From NCBI GenBank assembly GCA_001938485.1, contig MQRK01217323.1, forward strand, positions 1 through 51,997: DNA of 51,997 bases. Direction: 5' to 3'. Source of the stretch: Girardia tigrina (Eukaryota). Each line of letters opens with the position of its first letter. Within the stretch, counting starts at the first letter, position 1. Both the position numbers and the translations under genes were made by a program. Under the pieces are notes generated by a model. It did not search any database and was not told the DNA's origin. It saw only the letters and a program-made list of their open reading frames with translations. Shown here piece after piece: positions 36,146 through 49,535 of this stretch.

Positions 36146-37249
36146 CAAATATATCTATCAATATCAAATTGATAGTTTTAATTATTTCAATTTCAGACTC
36201 TTCCCACTTTATACTCACACAGAGAGTCCCAGGATCCCTGGAGATTGTCAAATCAATTTTAACTTAATTATTTTGGTTTCCAGAATCATTAATGTTCTGA
36301 GAATCTTCAGAACATGCAAAGATAACGATATTCATTGAATTATTTTGGTCACGAAAAACGAAAAGTTACGCGGAAAAACGAAAAAGTTGTATGTGTGTGG
36401 CGTCAATTTCTTGCATTCTACATGTTCACGTGCATAATCCTTATTATACGTTAGCTCATTTTCTGAGAATTGACATTTTTCTTTCTGACAACGATTGAGG
36501 AAGAATTGTCTGTTCATAAGTGTGAACAAAAATAAAATATATGCACACATGTAGTGAATGAATATGTACCTGTACAATTCGGTATGACAACACGGATATA
36601 CCTGACAACACACGGAGGATACCTGTATCCGGTTCATTTTTAGAAATGAGTATTTAACTGTGCTTGTCTAGAGTAGCTAAAACAGTTGCCAGAGGTTTAA
36701 TTTGGAAATAAGAAATGCTTTTAGAAGACGATGCGTCTGAATGAGAGGCCCTGGAGGTAGATGTTCCTCAAAATATTGTGAATGTTACGAACAATATTGA
36801 TGATAAAAACTATAGCCTCGACAAAAATTTTTTCACGGATTATCATCCGTGAAAGAATAGGTATTTAACGCAATGGAATGTGATGAGAAGAATGAAGAAA
36901 ATAAGGAAATTCCCGACATTGATTCTGTAAGCTTTATATAAATGAAAAATAGAGAATACATCATGGTATGTTTAATTTTGTTGTTCTAGATGTATTAAAT
37001 GAAATTAGTGTTTACTTTTGGAGTTTTCTGACCCCTTCCATGGCTCTGGCTGGTCGAGTGCGAGAGGCGTATATATTTAACTCAAAAGTTGGCTTCTGTC
37101 TAGGTCTACACTCCCTAACTCAAGCAGAATCTTTTAAAATCTTCTTTGGGAAAAAAAGCACATAGTCCTGAGATACTCAAACTTGTACAATAGGTTAATC
37201 TATTATGACACGAGGTAACAAAAATAGATTATTTTATTACAGGAAAACG

Positions 37250-38420
37250 TCATCTTGCTGAATAAGGGCAACATTGATAGTTGTACCTCAAGAGGAGGTC
37301 CTGGCTTTTTTCGGATTATACGCTGCAAGTGGCGTCTTCAAAGATACTCATTGTGATCAAAAAGAATTGTGGTCGGTTAAGTACCACAAAATTATATAAA
37401 AATTCATGTAACATATCGAAAATTGTAAATTTCTATATTTATGTTCGATATAAGCAGAATTATGCGTTATTTGAAAAATTTTAATTAACAAAAAAATGTA
37501 ATCCAAAAATTTTATTCAATAAAGTTTTATTCCATTTCTTTCTTCTTTTGCGTTTTGATCGATAAATTAAAATGCGTTAGTTTAGAAGTAGATAATCTAC
37601 ATTCGAACGTCACAGAGATTCCTTCCGATAAGTTCTAAATTCATAGTGACGTTGTGTCAACCTGTGTGTGTCACGATTTTGTAACGAGGAAATCTCTCGG
37701 AAACGCACACGTCAATCATCAGGACATCAAGTGACACTTTAACAGGATCAATGGTTCCAAAGAGACTTCACTGCCCGCAAGTACGCAAAATCAATGACAC
37801 ATTCACAAATATCTTCAAATTCGAAATGTTACCGAGACAGAAATCCGATCACAATGAGACCGTTTTGAGCGACGAAGATTAAATATTTAAGGAGACTTGC
37901 CAACATGGTCTCTCAGAGACGGGTACCCAATTTTTCGCGCTTCAATGATCTAGTAGCGTTTCAAACAACTGAAGACCAATCTTAGGTTCAACGATCCGTG
38001 ACGAGGAGACCCTAATGAAGCTCTGGCACCAGTAAGAGAAATCGAAACTTGTGTCAAATTACTCTCCCGGATACTACCTGACAATTGATGAGATGCTAGT
38101 AGAATTTCAAGGTCGCTTTTAAGCAAGATATCTCATTTCATGTATATCATAACTTGTGGCAAGTTTATGGTTGTGGATAACACTATCCCTTTGCCGTGCT
38201 TACCTTATATCGAGAAAACACATTGATGTCTGAAGAAAATGCCAGATATTCTACGTTGGCAGGGGCAATTATGATGATTAGTCTAGAAAAGGATCAACTT
38301 TTTCTAATATCCCCTAAGATAACTGGTTTACAGACTTAAGTCTCTATAAACGTTCTAACATGTTTTACTTTCGCGAAACTTAAGACAAAATCGCAGATTT
38401 CTTCCAGCGATTTCACAGAA
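37250..38420 (+). mobile_element. piggyBac transposase remnants (probably two partial copies)
   Basis: EEVLAFFGLYAASGVFKD...ELWS; GYPIFRASM...LRFND; YSPGYYLTIDEMLVEFQGR; DNWFT. Confidence 0.88.
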
Positions 38421-38459
38421 AAAAAATCATGCAGTAACATATTAGAATATCGGTGCAAA

Positions 38460-39304
38460 ATTATTACTAAACTGGGATACTATAAGAAACGGTAACCAGA
38501 CAATTCAACACAAGACAATTCGAATAAGAAACATATGTGATTATAAATTGATATTAAACTAATAGAAACGTGGTCCGAAAAGAATAATCAAGATAGCTAG
38601 AAGATTATCAATCAATAGACAAATTATTAGTGTGCAAATGTGATAGAGTAATAGGAAATTAAGGAAGCGGATATTTTTAACAGAGTGATACAAAGAAAGA
38701 AGAATAATCAAGAACTAGAAAACGTCAAATCATCGCTAGGAAAAAACAATTTTCTCTGATTAAAAGAAGTTTAATCTAGATGGTGCTGACGACTGCAGAA
38801 GGTACGTCAGAAAAAATAAAGTGATATTGCGTCAGAGAAGATAGTGTAGTTGGAGTAATAGCATAGTTGAGGTTAATGCCAAATGGTGTATTATCAAACA
38901 GACTAATCAAGGGAAAGTTTAATGGTGATGAATATACAAAGCTTATTATTAGAGAATATAGTACCATTATTAAATTTAATTTTGATGAAGATATATTTTT
39001 CAAAGAGTATAATAGCCCCTTACATAAATGTCGGAAAGTGAAAAATTTCATGCGTGAAACAAACTTAAAGGTATTGGAGTGGCCACCAAAGAGTCCCTAC
39101 TTAAATATAGTCGATGACTTTTGGAAAATGATATCTGATCTTGTGAATGATATTCCACAATTTCAGGACATTATCCAAAAAAAATATGATGTTATCAAAT
39201 TCATAAATATTAACAACAAGGAGCGATTATTCCAATTATATTTTGAAATTGGAAATAGAATGTGTACAATTCTCCAGGCGAAAGATAAATTGTATAACAA
39301 ATGA
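38460..39304 (+). mobile_element. Tc1 transposase pseudogene
   Basis: ORF 38867-39304: NSPLHK...VLEWPPKSPYLNIVDDFWKMI. Confidence 0.85.
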
Positions 39305-40479
39305 ATTATAATACTATATTAATGTTTTTGATGAAAAAATTATTTTTTGAATAATACATAATAAATCTAAATTATAGTCTTAAATTTTTCTTATGATTTT
39401 TTGGAGAAATAGGATAATTTTATTAATGTTACCAAGAATACCAATCACTTATTTTATTTGGGAATTATATTTATTTTTTAAAACGACAAAAATGATAATA
39501 CATTTATGATGAATTAATTATTTACTTAGTATATTCAAGCATGAACTAATTTAAGAGCTCTTCGAATCTCTCTCTAAGGAAAGAGTCTGGCTTCCAAATT
39601 TTCGTTCTTGTATCTTCCAAACATTCGCTGTAACATTTCAAAATGCTGTGCTTTTATTTAATTTAAGATACTTGGGATGATTGACTTCCTATTAATTGTA
39701 TCTTATATTTTAACATATTTTTATCAGGAATTGAATTCCGTCAGTGATCGTAAAAAGTAATTAATCATATCTACCTACGAACTTTGGATGCAGAGCAGCA
39801 CCTCCAGTACAATCAATGTCAAAATTTTGTATGTAATGCTCATTCTGAAGCGATTCGACTGTGCAACAACTGTACATGAGTGTAAAGTAGTTTTGAATAC
39901 TTTCTTTTCTTACGACACGCATTATTATTACATGTTTAAAAGCGGTAATTCAAAGTTTTGCTTATTTTTCTGTAGGAGTGCAAAAAAGGGCAGAGGCATA
40001 TAAATCAACCTAGATAAATCAATGTAGTTTCCCACTCATTTTTCAATATTATGAGTTACATGAGTTAGGAAAAGTCACAAAAGTTGGTGCGAGTTGATCC
40101 TTCTGCTGCTGAATTGCAATGCTGCAAAACACATCTGGGGCACAAAATACAATCGAAATGGCGACTAACCGTTAATATTTTATTGGGTGTATAAACATGA
40201 TTGAAAATAAGCGCTTGAAAAAATAAAAGTATGAGAAAAATAAAAAGAAAAATATTAGTATTGATTGAAAACATATCAATCAATATGTGTCGACACCAAA
40301 TATTTTTACGTAACGAAAAATGTCAAAGAGACAATGCAATAAATAAATATGTAATAATAAATGTAATAATAAATAAAGAGAAATTGCAATAAACAAAAAT
40401 TTTCGGGAAATGCTGCTGCATTATTTTATAGCCAAGAAAGTTACAGTAGAAATTTATCAGTTCTGTTGAACATTTACAG

Positions 40480-41400
40480 TGAATATTCTCTATTTAATAC
40501 AACGTACAAAGAGTGATTTCGACGATTTAAAAACTATGATTTCAATAGGTATGACAAAGACCATGGAAAACCACCAAAAACATCTGGATGCAGATTTGGA
40601 AAAAATTACTGGAACAAAGATCCTTGCCGAACCTAAAAGGAACTGGCTGTTGCATTATATGTTTCTGAAACATACATTTCAAAACGACTACATACAATAG
40701 ACTTGTTTTAAAAGTACGGAAGTTGGCTTCCGTGTGGATTGACGGAAAGGAACATGGAATTTAGAAAACCATGTGATACGCTGCGTCAAAGACAGAGAAA
40801 GAAAGGCTTTATTCATCAGATTGTTTCCAGGGATGAAAAATAGATTCATTATGACAATCTAAAGCGACGAAAGGTCATACTGATAAAATAGTAAATGATT
40901 GGAAAGTTATCATCCATAATTTTATCAATTAAATTCATAGAAAAATTTTCATTAAAATAATGATAATTTTCATCAATATTAGTAAAATTCATATTATATA
41001 ATTTTTTAATCGATTTTTTATCAGATGAAAAAATACGGTGTAGAAAACTGTCGGAAGATGTATGGCGCAGGTATATGAATGAATTGGTGTGGGAAAACGA
41101 ATCGATTTTCGAAAAAAGCAACTCATCCAGAGTATACCACAGGACATGATAAAAATCATTTTACAAAATAACAATGATCGCACCAATGTTCAAAATATAT
41201 AAAGGAAACTCTGGAAGCACTTCCCTGGGAAGTATTACCACACCAGCTGTATTCACCAGATTTTGCTCCTTCAGCTTTTTATCTGTTTCGTTTCATGTAA
41301 AGCTCTAAGCAGAAGTTTAATTCTCGAGCAGAAATCCTAAATTTGCTGAATCAGATTTCTTCCGTTGTGAAATCATTGCATTTCAGAAAGACGGTTAAAT
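40480..41400 (+). mobile_element. Degraded Mos1-like mariner
   Basis: DKDHGKPPK; FIHQIVSRDEK*IHYDNLKRRK; WEVLPHQLYSPDFAPS. Confidence 0.85.
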
Positions 41401-42599
41401 GTTGTAACTTCACAGGGAAATTAGTAACTATTATTTCGACTCACTACAGCTCCCTCTTATTTGACTCTGTGATACATTTACACCTTCTTTTTATCTGTAA
41501 GTTTGTTTGTCAAGTTATCTTAATTTTGATTATAATATTAACATTAATTTCATATACTTTTTTACTTAGCCAATTGTAGTAGGTCAAGGTAGACAATATA
41601 GTGATCTATTTAGTCATTTACATAGATTAATTATCGTTCTATATTATTCACACTGCACAACAACAATTGGGTTCAGAACAGTATATGCTGTAAACTTTCG
41701 AGCATTAGAAGGTACTAATTATGATTAAAACTTTAATATTTTGTTACTCATCCAAATCGACGAGGTGGACCCGCCTATACCAAATATCAATAGTAAGTAA
41801 AGCTTGTTTTGTCGAGTAATAACTATGCTCAGAAGAGCAGTACTTAGAGATTAAATCAAATATCACTTGTTATATGACTGATTGGAATAAGTGGGATACT
41901 GTCTACTTGAAATATGACTCCAACTAATCTCCAAAAAATAGTTATAGTCAGCAGGTCGAGAATATAGAAAAATATGGTCGAAATAAAATTTACTTGTTAT
42001 ACGTTGACAATAAACACGAATTTCTGATGGCTAAAAAATATTCATTATCGAAAATTTAGTTAACTATTGGAAACAATACTAGTTATAGATTGATCTATAT
42101 AATAGAGAAAATGTTTGTAGAACAATTGATGAAGGACGAAATTCTGACTCGTAATAAATGATAATTGTTACGAAATTTATCCGAAATTTGATGTTGCAAT
42201 ATCGGAGATAGTTGTGGAGTGAAAATAAGGTTTTTTTAAATAATTCGTAATTTGTTCAATTTGTTGTCGTGATCATTTTTAACGTTGTTAGTTTCCGCTT
42301 TTTATATAGAATTTTCATAAAAATCTATATTCGAAAACACGTTTTTTCTGGAGTTATTTTTTTATAGATTTACCACCGTATTTTCAGAAAAGATTTTTCT
42401 TAAAAAAAATTATTTGTTAATATTTGTGATACCACACTTCCGCGCAGTTTGAGATTGTGTGATTTTCCTTCGATTGTCTATGTACATGGTCTTGACTAGT
42501 TAGGAATTTTCCTGTACATAGGCATTCTTGAGTGTGTTGTATGTCATGCATATGTTTTTTGTCTACTTTTTGATTTTTACCGTTGTGTGCAAATATTTA

Positions 42600-43125
42600 G
42601 ACGGCAGCAGCTACGATAAGTCTACCATTCGACAAATTGATTGTCTCTCTTATACCGAAATTCATCAATTTACTTGTAAATGTCTCTATATTGAAATAAA
42701 CCCTGTTAATTGAGAACCATAGCTATAAATAACTCTTTATCCAAGTCTATTCTTAAAGATTGGTTTGGTTTGATAAACAATTCTCTAGTTAATTTAAAAG
42801 TCGAAATTTTTTGATAAGTGCATCCAGAAATGTGATTAATCGGTGCATATCGGATGACTGGATAATGGATTCTGTGATAAAGAACAAGATTGGTTATGAA
42901 GTCGTCAACCGCCGACCGCAGAATACTCGGGTATCTTGAGGAACACCTCAAACAACCGAATACAAAGGTAAATAATCGATTTATGTCAACGAAAGTCGGG
43001 GAATTAATGAAAAGATTTTGTTTACAGACGTTATATAAAGATTCGTTTTCAAACAAAAAGTTAATGTCAGTTGTTTTTGGGCGATTGCGAAATTCTACAA
43101 AGACTTATTATACGGTCTTGATTAT
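42600..43125 (-). pseudogene. Divergent alpha-tubulin internal fragment
   Basis: PYN...FENESLYNVCKQNLFINSPTFVDINRL...FITNLVLYHRIHYPVIRYAPI...NQ (compare [26 protein letters not shown]...[21 protein letters not shown]). Stops and frameshifts flank the core. Confidence 0.85.
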
Positions 43126-44023
43126 CCTTATTATAAATTGAAATAATAAAAAGTAATATCAATCAATAAAAAAATATTATCGATTCTGATATTTGGATTA
43201 AATAACTTTTAGAATTAATTACCGTGAGCTTATATGTTAAAGTGTGTTTGTGATATGCCAAATACAGTTTTTTTACAAGTAATTTGCTTTGTTTTTTATT
43301 TGTTTTACCTATAGATTTATGGTTCTTTCGTTCACTATTGTCTGATTTAATAGTTCAACTGTGATATTTTTATTAACTAAATCCACTCAACTTAGAAATA
43401 ATAGTTGAATTGATATAGGCACAAATTAGGGAAAAAATTTTGTATCGGTTCGACATAGTTATACAAAATTTTTTTTCAATATTCATGTAAGGATGACTAA
43501 TTATAAACAATCTATATTATATAAAATACATATTGATATTTATATTTAAAAAGGATTCACAATATTTTTATTAATTCTCCTGAATTGTTGTTTAAATAAT
43601 TTATATTATAAAAGCCCATGTCACTCACTGCTTCACTAACGCTCATATTATGTAATCAGACCCACAAATTTTTTAAGAAACAAATTAGTTGAAATAATAA
43701 TTTTTGTATATTCGAAAATTAAAGGTCATTTGAAATTATTTATTAAAGTGATAAAATACGCTAGAAGAATTTTTGTGGAATAAAAAATCANNNNNNNNNN
43801 NNNNNNNNNNNNNNNATTTATATTATAAAAGCCCATGTCACTCACTGCTTCACTAACGCTCATATTATGTAATCAGACCCACAAATTTTTTAAGAAACAA
43901 ATTAGTTGAAATAATAATTTTTGTATATTCGAAAAATAAAGGTCATTTGAAATTATTTATTAAAGTGATAAAATACGCTAGAAGAATTTTTGTGGAATAA
44001 AAAATCATCAAATTAAATTTAAA

Positions 44024-44265
44024 TCTTATAATATATTATATTATAAAAGCCCAAGTCACTCACTGCTTCACTAACGCTGACGTAATCAAGCGAAATAAAA
44101 AAACCCGAGTGTGTCGGGTAGTATATATATCCGGCACACTATAAATAACCGATACACTGCACACACGACACATTGAGGCAGGCAGTGAGTTACTTGGGCT
44201 TTTATAATATAAAAAAAATTGAACCCCCGGCAAGAGAGGGCCGCGAAGCGGGCCGAGCGCGCTAG
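44024..44265 (+). mobile_element. Non-autonomous Helitron (242 bp) with extra upstream 5'-end copies at about 43600 and 43817
   Basis: A|TC start, GC-rich hairpin ggccgc-gaa-gcgggcc (44239-44254), CTAG|T end. Confidence 0.8.
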
Positions 44266-44663
44266 TATGGTATAATTGTGGATATAAATAAATCTTTGAA
44301 AATGACTTGTGTGCCTCCTTACAATTCATATTTGAAAAAGGATAGATAGTGGAAAATTTTTCCAAAAGAAATAATAATATTCCATAAAAAATGATTCAAC
44401 CGTCTGAGATTAAATTCTGTCAGATTTAATTAATTCATGAATATTTAAATCCGATTTGTTTAAATATTCATTTGAAAAACTTTTCAAATTAATTAACGAA
44501 TGATGGACCGAAATATCGGTTGATGAGACTTTGTATCTGAGGTACTGTTTTGTTTGTTATTGCTTTATGATTAAATAAATAAATATTGATTTTTTTAAAA
44601 TTTTTTTAAATAGATTTTTTTTACAAGTGACTGTGTGATAAGTGGTATACTTATATATATATA

Positions 44664-45935
44664 CGTGGTGCGATCCCTAAGTCCTTAGACTCGTTGATAA
44701 TTAAGATTATGGCGTATATGCCGTTGATACTATAAATAGATAAGCTATCATTGGTTACAGATATGACTCACCATACCAAACCTGTGTGTGTAGGTACAGC
44801 CATTATTTCACTTTTTACTGTAGACATGGATAGTATATCGCAGCGTGATAAAATTTCTGTTCCTGCGCAATACTAAAAGCTGCGATATTTTGCAGCAGTT
44901 GCAGGAAGCTTACGGTTTTAAGTGCCCATCACGTGCAACAGTGTATAATTGGATCAGAGACTTTAAACATGGCCGACAATCCGTTAGTGATGCTGAGAGA
45001 TCAGGACGACCGTGTGAAATTTTACCCGGGTAAAGGGATTTGTGCATAAAGATCGTGTCGGAAGAGAGACGAATAAGCATCCGTGAACTTGCACAGCATC
45101 TATCCATCATCTACCATACATAAAATATTCTGCAATCATTTGGAGTTCGCAAACTGTGTTCACGTTTTGTTCCCCGATTCCTATCCGGTGAAATGTGCGA
45201 CAAACGTTTGCAGTGCTGCACTAACAATTTGGAGTTGCTTCGCACTCATGGTGATTGCTTCATCAACAACATCGTTACACAAGATGAAACCCCGGTGAGC
45301 TTGTATGTGCCTGAGAGCAAGCGTCAATCTTCTGAGTACTACTTCCCCTGTGAAAGTGCTCCCCGAAAACTTCGAAGCGATACCTCCCACAAGCGAGTAC
45401 CAATGCTGACTGTGTTCTGGGATTCCCATGGCATTATTAAAGTTGATTTCCTTGAGAAAAGACTGACAATGAATAATGAGTATTATGTTGAAGTACTTCG
45501 CGATGTGAGACTGTCTCGTAGGAAGCCAGGAGGGATGCCATTGTGGCTCCTTCTAGAATATTCACACTTCGCGAGCAAATTTGACTGGTGTGGATGACTG
45601 TGGCTTTTAGTTGGTTTCCCACCCCCCTATAGCCCTGACCTAGCCTCAAGTGATTTTGCGTTGTTTAAACACCTAAAGAAACATTCGAAAGGTGTCCACT
45701 TTCATTCAGTTGATGTCCTCAAGGAGAAAGTCCTTGATATTCTTAGTTCTTTGCCTCCCAATTTTTACAAAAATGCGTTCTCTGAGCTTGTTGCTCGCTG
45801 GCGCCAGTGTGTTGATGTACACGGCTCATATATTGAGAAATGATTTACTTTGATGTCATGTACTGATTCTAAAAAAATAAAGTTGATTGGACTTTGCTTT
45901 CTTGTCAAGTCTAAGGACTTATGGATCGCACCATG
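44664..45935 (+). mobile_element. Full-length mariner (irritans-like), 28-bp TIRs, TA TSD, inactivated transposase (44827-45843)
   Basis: TIRs cgtggtgcgatccctaagtccttagact / agtctaaggacttatggatcgcaccatg (2 mismatches). Motifs FVPR, TQDET, YSPDLA.SDF, GSYIEK. Confidence 0.95.
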
Positions 45936-45946
45936 TATATCATATA

Positions 45947-46157
45947 CAGGGTGGCCCAATGGGTACGCAGCCTCTAATTTTTTGAATCCATTTTTATAAC
46001 AAAATTCTGAGTTTCAAAATTTGACCTTTATTGCGCAAAAAGGTCAAGTTCTGGAATTTTTACACCTCANATGTTATATATCAAAATACTCGTCTTGATT
46101 TAGAATAGATTTAGAATATGCAAAAATTAGAGGCTGCGTACCCATTGGACCACCCTG
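45947..46157. mobile_element. 211-bp Tc1/mariner MITE, CAGGGTG TIRs, TA TSD
   Basis: cagggtggcccaatgggtacgcagcctctaattttt / aaaaattagaggctgcgtacccattggaccaccctg. Confidence 0.93.
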
Positions 46158-46193
46158 TATATATAAAGAGGGCACTTAGTGGGTACCTCTGAC

Positions 46194-46233
<40 letters not shown>

Positions 46234-46458
46234 ACATACAAATAAGTAATCATTTAGTAATTTTAAATATACAAATATATTTACTTTCAAGACAAGAATT
46301 TTGCCCTTATAAATGTGTTTTAAAAATCAGTATACGATACTATTTCCTATTATTTATTTATTTTAATATAAGAAAATAACCATTTATAATGTGTTTAAAG
46401 ATTCTTTTGAGTTTTTAGGCTTGATTTAAATTGCATTTTCTGTCATAATACTTTTTTG

Positions 46459-46504
46459 AGTACCCCTAAGCAGCCTCTCGCGAACCCGAGGTTGGGAACC
46501 GCTG
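46459..46504. mobile_element. hAT/Charlie-type element right end
   Basis: gtacccc...ggttgggaaccgctg, the reverse complement of the common CAG(C/T)GGTTCCCAACC TIR. Confidence 0.55.
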
Positions 46505-46509
46505 ACTTA

Positions 46510-46888
46510 CAGTAATGGGTGACTACAAAAATTTAAAGAACGTCACAGCATTCAACGCTGGACCCTATGTTTCGAAAGTGGAGGTGTCTCAAAAGAAGCT
46601 GCTACATCGGCGTGTGAAGCATTGCAGGTATGAATACTCTTATACACTATAGAGTACCAACACAGTACTCATTTACCTTTTTAAACTGTCATCAGTGGTT
46701 ATGAAATAAAGTGTTCAATATGGATGAAAAAGCTTTGTTCTATGACATGATTCCTGATTCCAGTTATTTACAACTGATAGTCATGTGCACGGAATCAAAA
46801 GAAGCAAACAAAGGATCACCGTTGCTTTGTGTAGTAATTCCTAGGATACTGAAAAAATGAAGTCATTAATCATTAGTCAATCTACTTA
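46510..46888 (+). mobile_element. pogo/Tigger (CENP-B-like) transposase fragment
   Basis: SNG*LQKFKERHSI; VFNMDEKALFY; GIKRSKQRITVALCSNS*DTEK. Confidence 0.88.
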
Positions 46889-48971
46889 TAGAAAACGAGT
46901 GTTTAGCCGTATTCGTGGCGTCTCGGTCCGGAGAGGAACTGTAACCCGTTCTCGTCATTCTCGTCTGGTGCTTTGTCTTTAGGGCTCCCGAGGACATCGA
47001 GCGACAAACTAAAATCGACGAGAAATCGCCTTGACACCAGCCCGGATCCGCATGTGCTAGCATCTGTCCAGGAAGAAGAAGAAAACACTCTACGAAACTG
47101 AAAAGCTCATCAGAATGGACTGGCTCATAATAATTTGGGGGAAGGCAGCCATCTAGTACTCAGAGCGACCGGGGTCGAATCATCCATTTGAAAATATCAT
47201 GAACAACGGGCAGGGGAGTCGTAATCGGCAATGTAAATTTATTCATGAAAATCCGATGTGAAATGAATGAATAAAAACAACACGAGAGCAGAATACAATT
47301 GTTTTTATTAAATTCCACTAATATTTCAATCAGACTATACCAACGGAAGAAATGCTATCTATAGAGCTCAGTTTTGACTTAGTTCAAATTATGTACATTC
47401 AAGGATGTACTGTACACTGCAGGATGTAGAGTTTTTTTCATTATTTTTAGAAATTTTGCAATTTCTCTTTTAGAAAGTGACTGGCGAGATTCACACGACA
47501 GACCAAGGCTTGTCCCAAAGGCTAAGGATGCTAAGCGATTCATGGATGCAATTCTGACTTATATAGAAATTCAACGTTATAAATCGTTTGGCACTTAGAA
47601 ATTTACACCAACCTTTTATCACAAACTATTTTTAACCAAATTAAACTGAATTGATTTAAAACAAATACAAGATTTTCTTGTATATGTGGTTTTGAACTGT
47701 TGGTAATGAGAATAGCCGCTAAAAAAATAACAAATTTGTGGGTTAAAATTGAAGACATAGTCGTGATATATCATTACTAATCTATTTGCCGTCCGCCTGA
47801 AATTCGTGTTTTTCAATATTGTTGCTAATTTAATTTTTTTTGATCGCTAATATTACACGGTCACCGTCAAACTATAATTCCACAGCTATTAATTATCCTG
47901 ATATAGACTCATCAGTATATTAATATTACTAATTTGAAGTATAACAATTATACCGAGTACAATTTTGATCGAAATTATTGTCATACAACACTATTATATT
48001 CAAAGACAATATTTAGGAAAATTCTACGTTTTCGCTGCATATCGAAGAAATATTATTAAGTAACATTTATTTATTGCTTGTTTTTTATTCGGAAATAAGT
48101 TTGGTTATTTATTTAGTTATATTTATTCTGTTATTGTTATTATTATTGTAAATTATTATTATTAAACATTCATAGGATCATATCGTTGTTTTTAATTTTA
48201 ATATATAAAGAATTAGAAGCCCTCCTTTTCTTTTTTATAAACGTTGGTTAAAGGAAGACTAGGTCTAATTGTATTAATTAAATTTTTGTCATCGTTTGTA
48301 ATTTTTGAACAAAGAATTATCTTAATCAAAATTATCAATCTCGCAATTATCGATTTCCCGCAAAATAAACAATGAATGGCGGAAATGTTGACGAATCTTC
48401 CAAACAATTCAGATGATTTTTTTAGAAATGATATTAAGAAAGGATAATGTCCAATCAAAAAGCAAATTTAGCCAACAGAAAAATTTCGACGAAATTTGCA
48501 TCGATTTCGAGGATTCTTTATCTGACCAGAAATTATACGAATCAGATTTAGACTAACCCGATCAATTATTGCTACCCGTTCCAAAACGTATCATCAAAAG
48601 GAGCATGGAAAAGAACTCACACCACAAGAAATAGCTGCAAAAATGGACGGTTGGTGAAAATCCAGCAGAAAGTTAACTTTATACAACAATCTTGACCCTA
48701 ATGTCGTGGACATGCAAAGCATCCTCAAGTATCCAACTTCTGACACCAATTTAATAATACTATTATCTAACAAGGCTAATTGAATTTGACTATTGAATGA
48801 GTCTTTTTTGATTAACGTTATTGTTATATTAAAAAATATTGAATATTAAAAATATATTCGAATGACAAAACTACTGCAAAATCTGAAAGATACTTGAAAA
48901 GACTTATGCGTTGAACATTTGATTAGGTTGAATTATTTCACATAATTTGTGTTCATTTCCCGCCCTCCAAA

Positions 48972-49535
48972 TTGCGACTAATATCAATATCGAGCATTTT
49001 CGACACCATCTGCTTTTCGCATTTAATCGAGGTGTTAAACGCCGCCGAAGCTGCTCATGAGATCTGTTCTGTGTATGGCAATGGAGCAATACCTGAAAGT
49101 ACTGCCCGCCGGTCGTTTTCGTGCTTTAAAAATTGGAATTTTGATCTGAAGGCCACACATTCGTCGACCAACTGCGTTTGATGAAGAGCGATTGAATCAG
49201 CTTCTTCGCGAAAATCCACATCAAATGACTAGAGAATTAGCGGAGCAGATGGATTGTGATCAAAAAACTGTGGTGAACTACCTTCATTCAATGGGCAAGG
49301 TTCAGAAACTCGGCGCTTGGGTGCCACACTGTTTGAGCGAAAAGAATAGAAATAAGCGCATTACAATTGCCGCCAGTTTGCTTGCTCGATATCGCTCAAC
49401 ACATGGTCACAAGAAGCGCTTTCTTTACCGCATCGTCACTGGCGATGAAAAATGTTGCCTGTACATCAATATGAAGCAGATAAAGAATGGCTCAACCCCG
49501 AGAAAAAAGCGACTCCTCGAGCAAAACAAAACCTC
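48972..49535 (+). mobile_element. mariner (mellifera-like) 5' half
   Basis: EHFRHHLLFAFNRG; TRELAEQM; GKVQKLGAWVPH; IVTGDEK. Confidence 0.92.

Noticed and set aside
41575-41680. Short LTR with a degenerate primer-binding site (tgtagtag...caacaaca ttgggttcagaa)
   Set aside because: The site is imperfect and no recognisable gag or pol follows.
43599-44007. Two tandem copies of a 192-bp unit
   Set aside because: They are separated by an N gap with one mismatch and are probably a single locus, so counted once.
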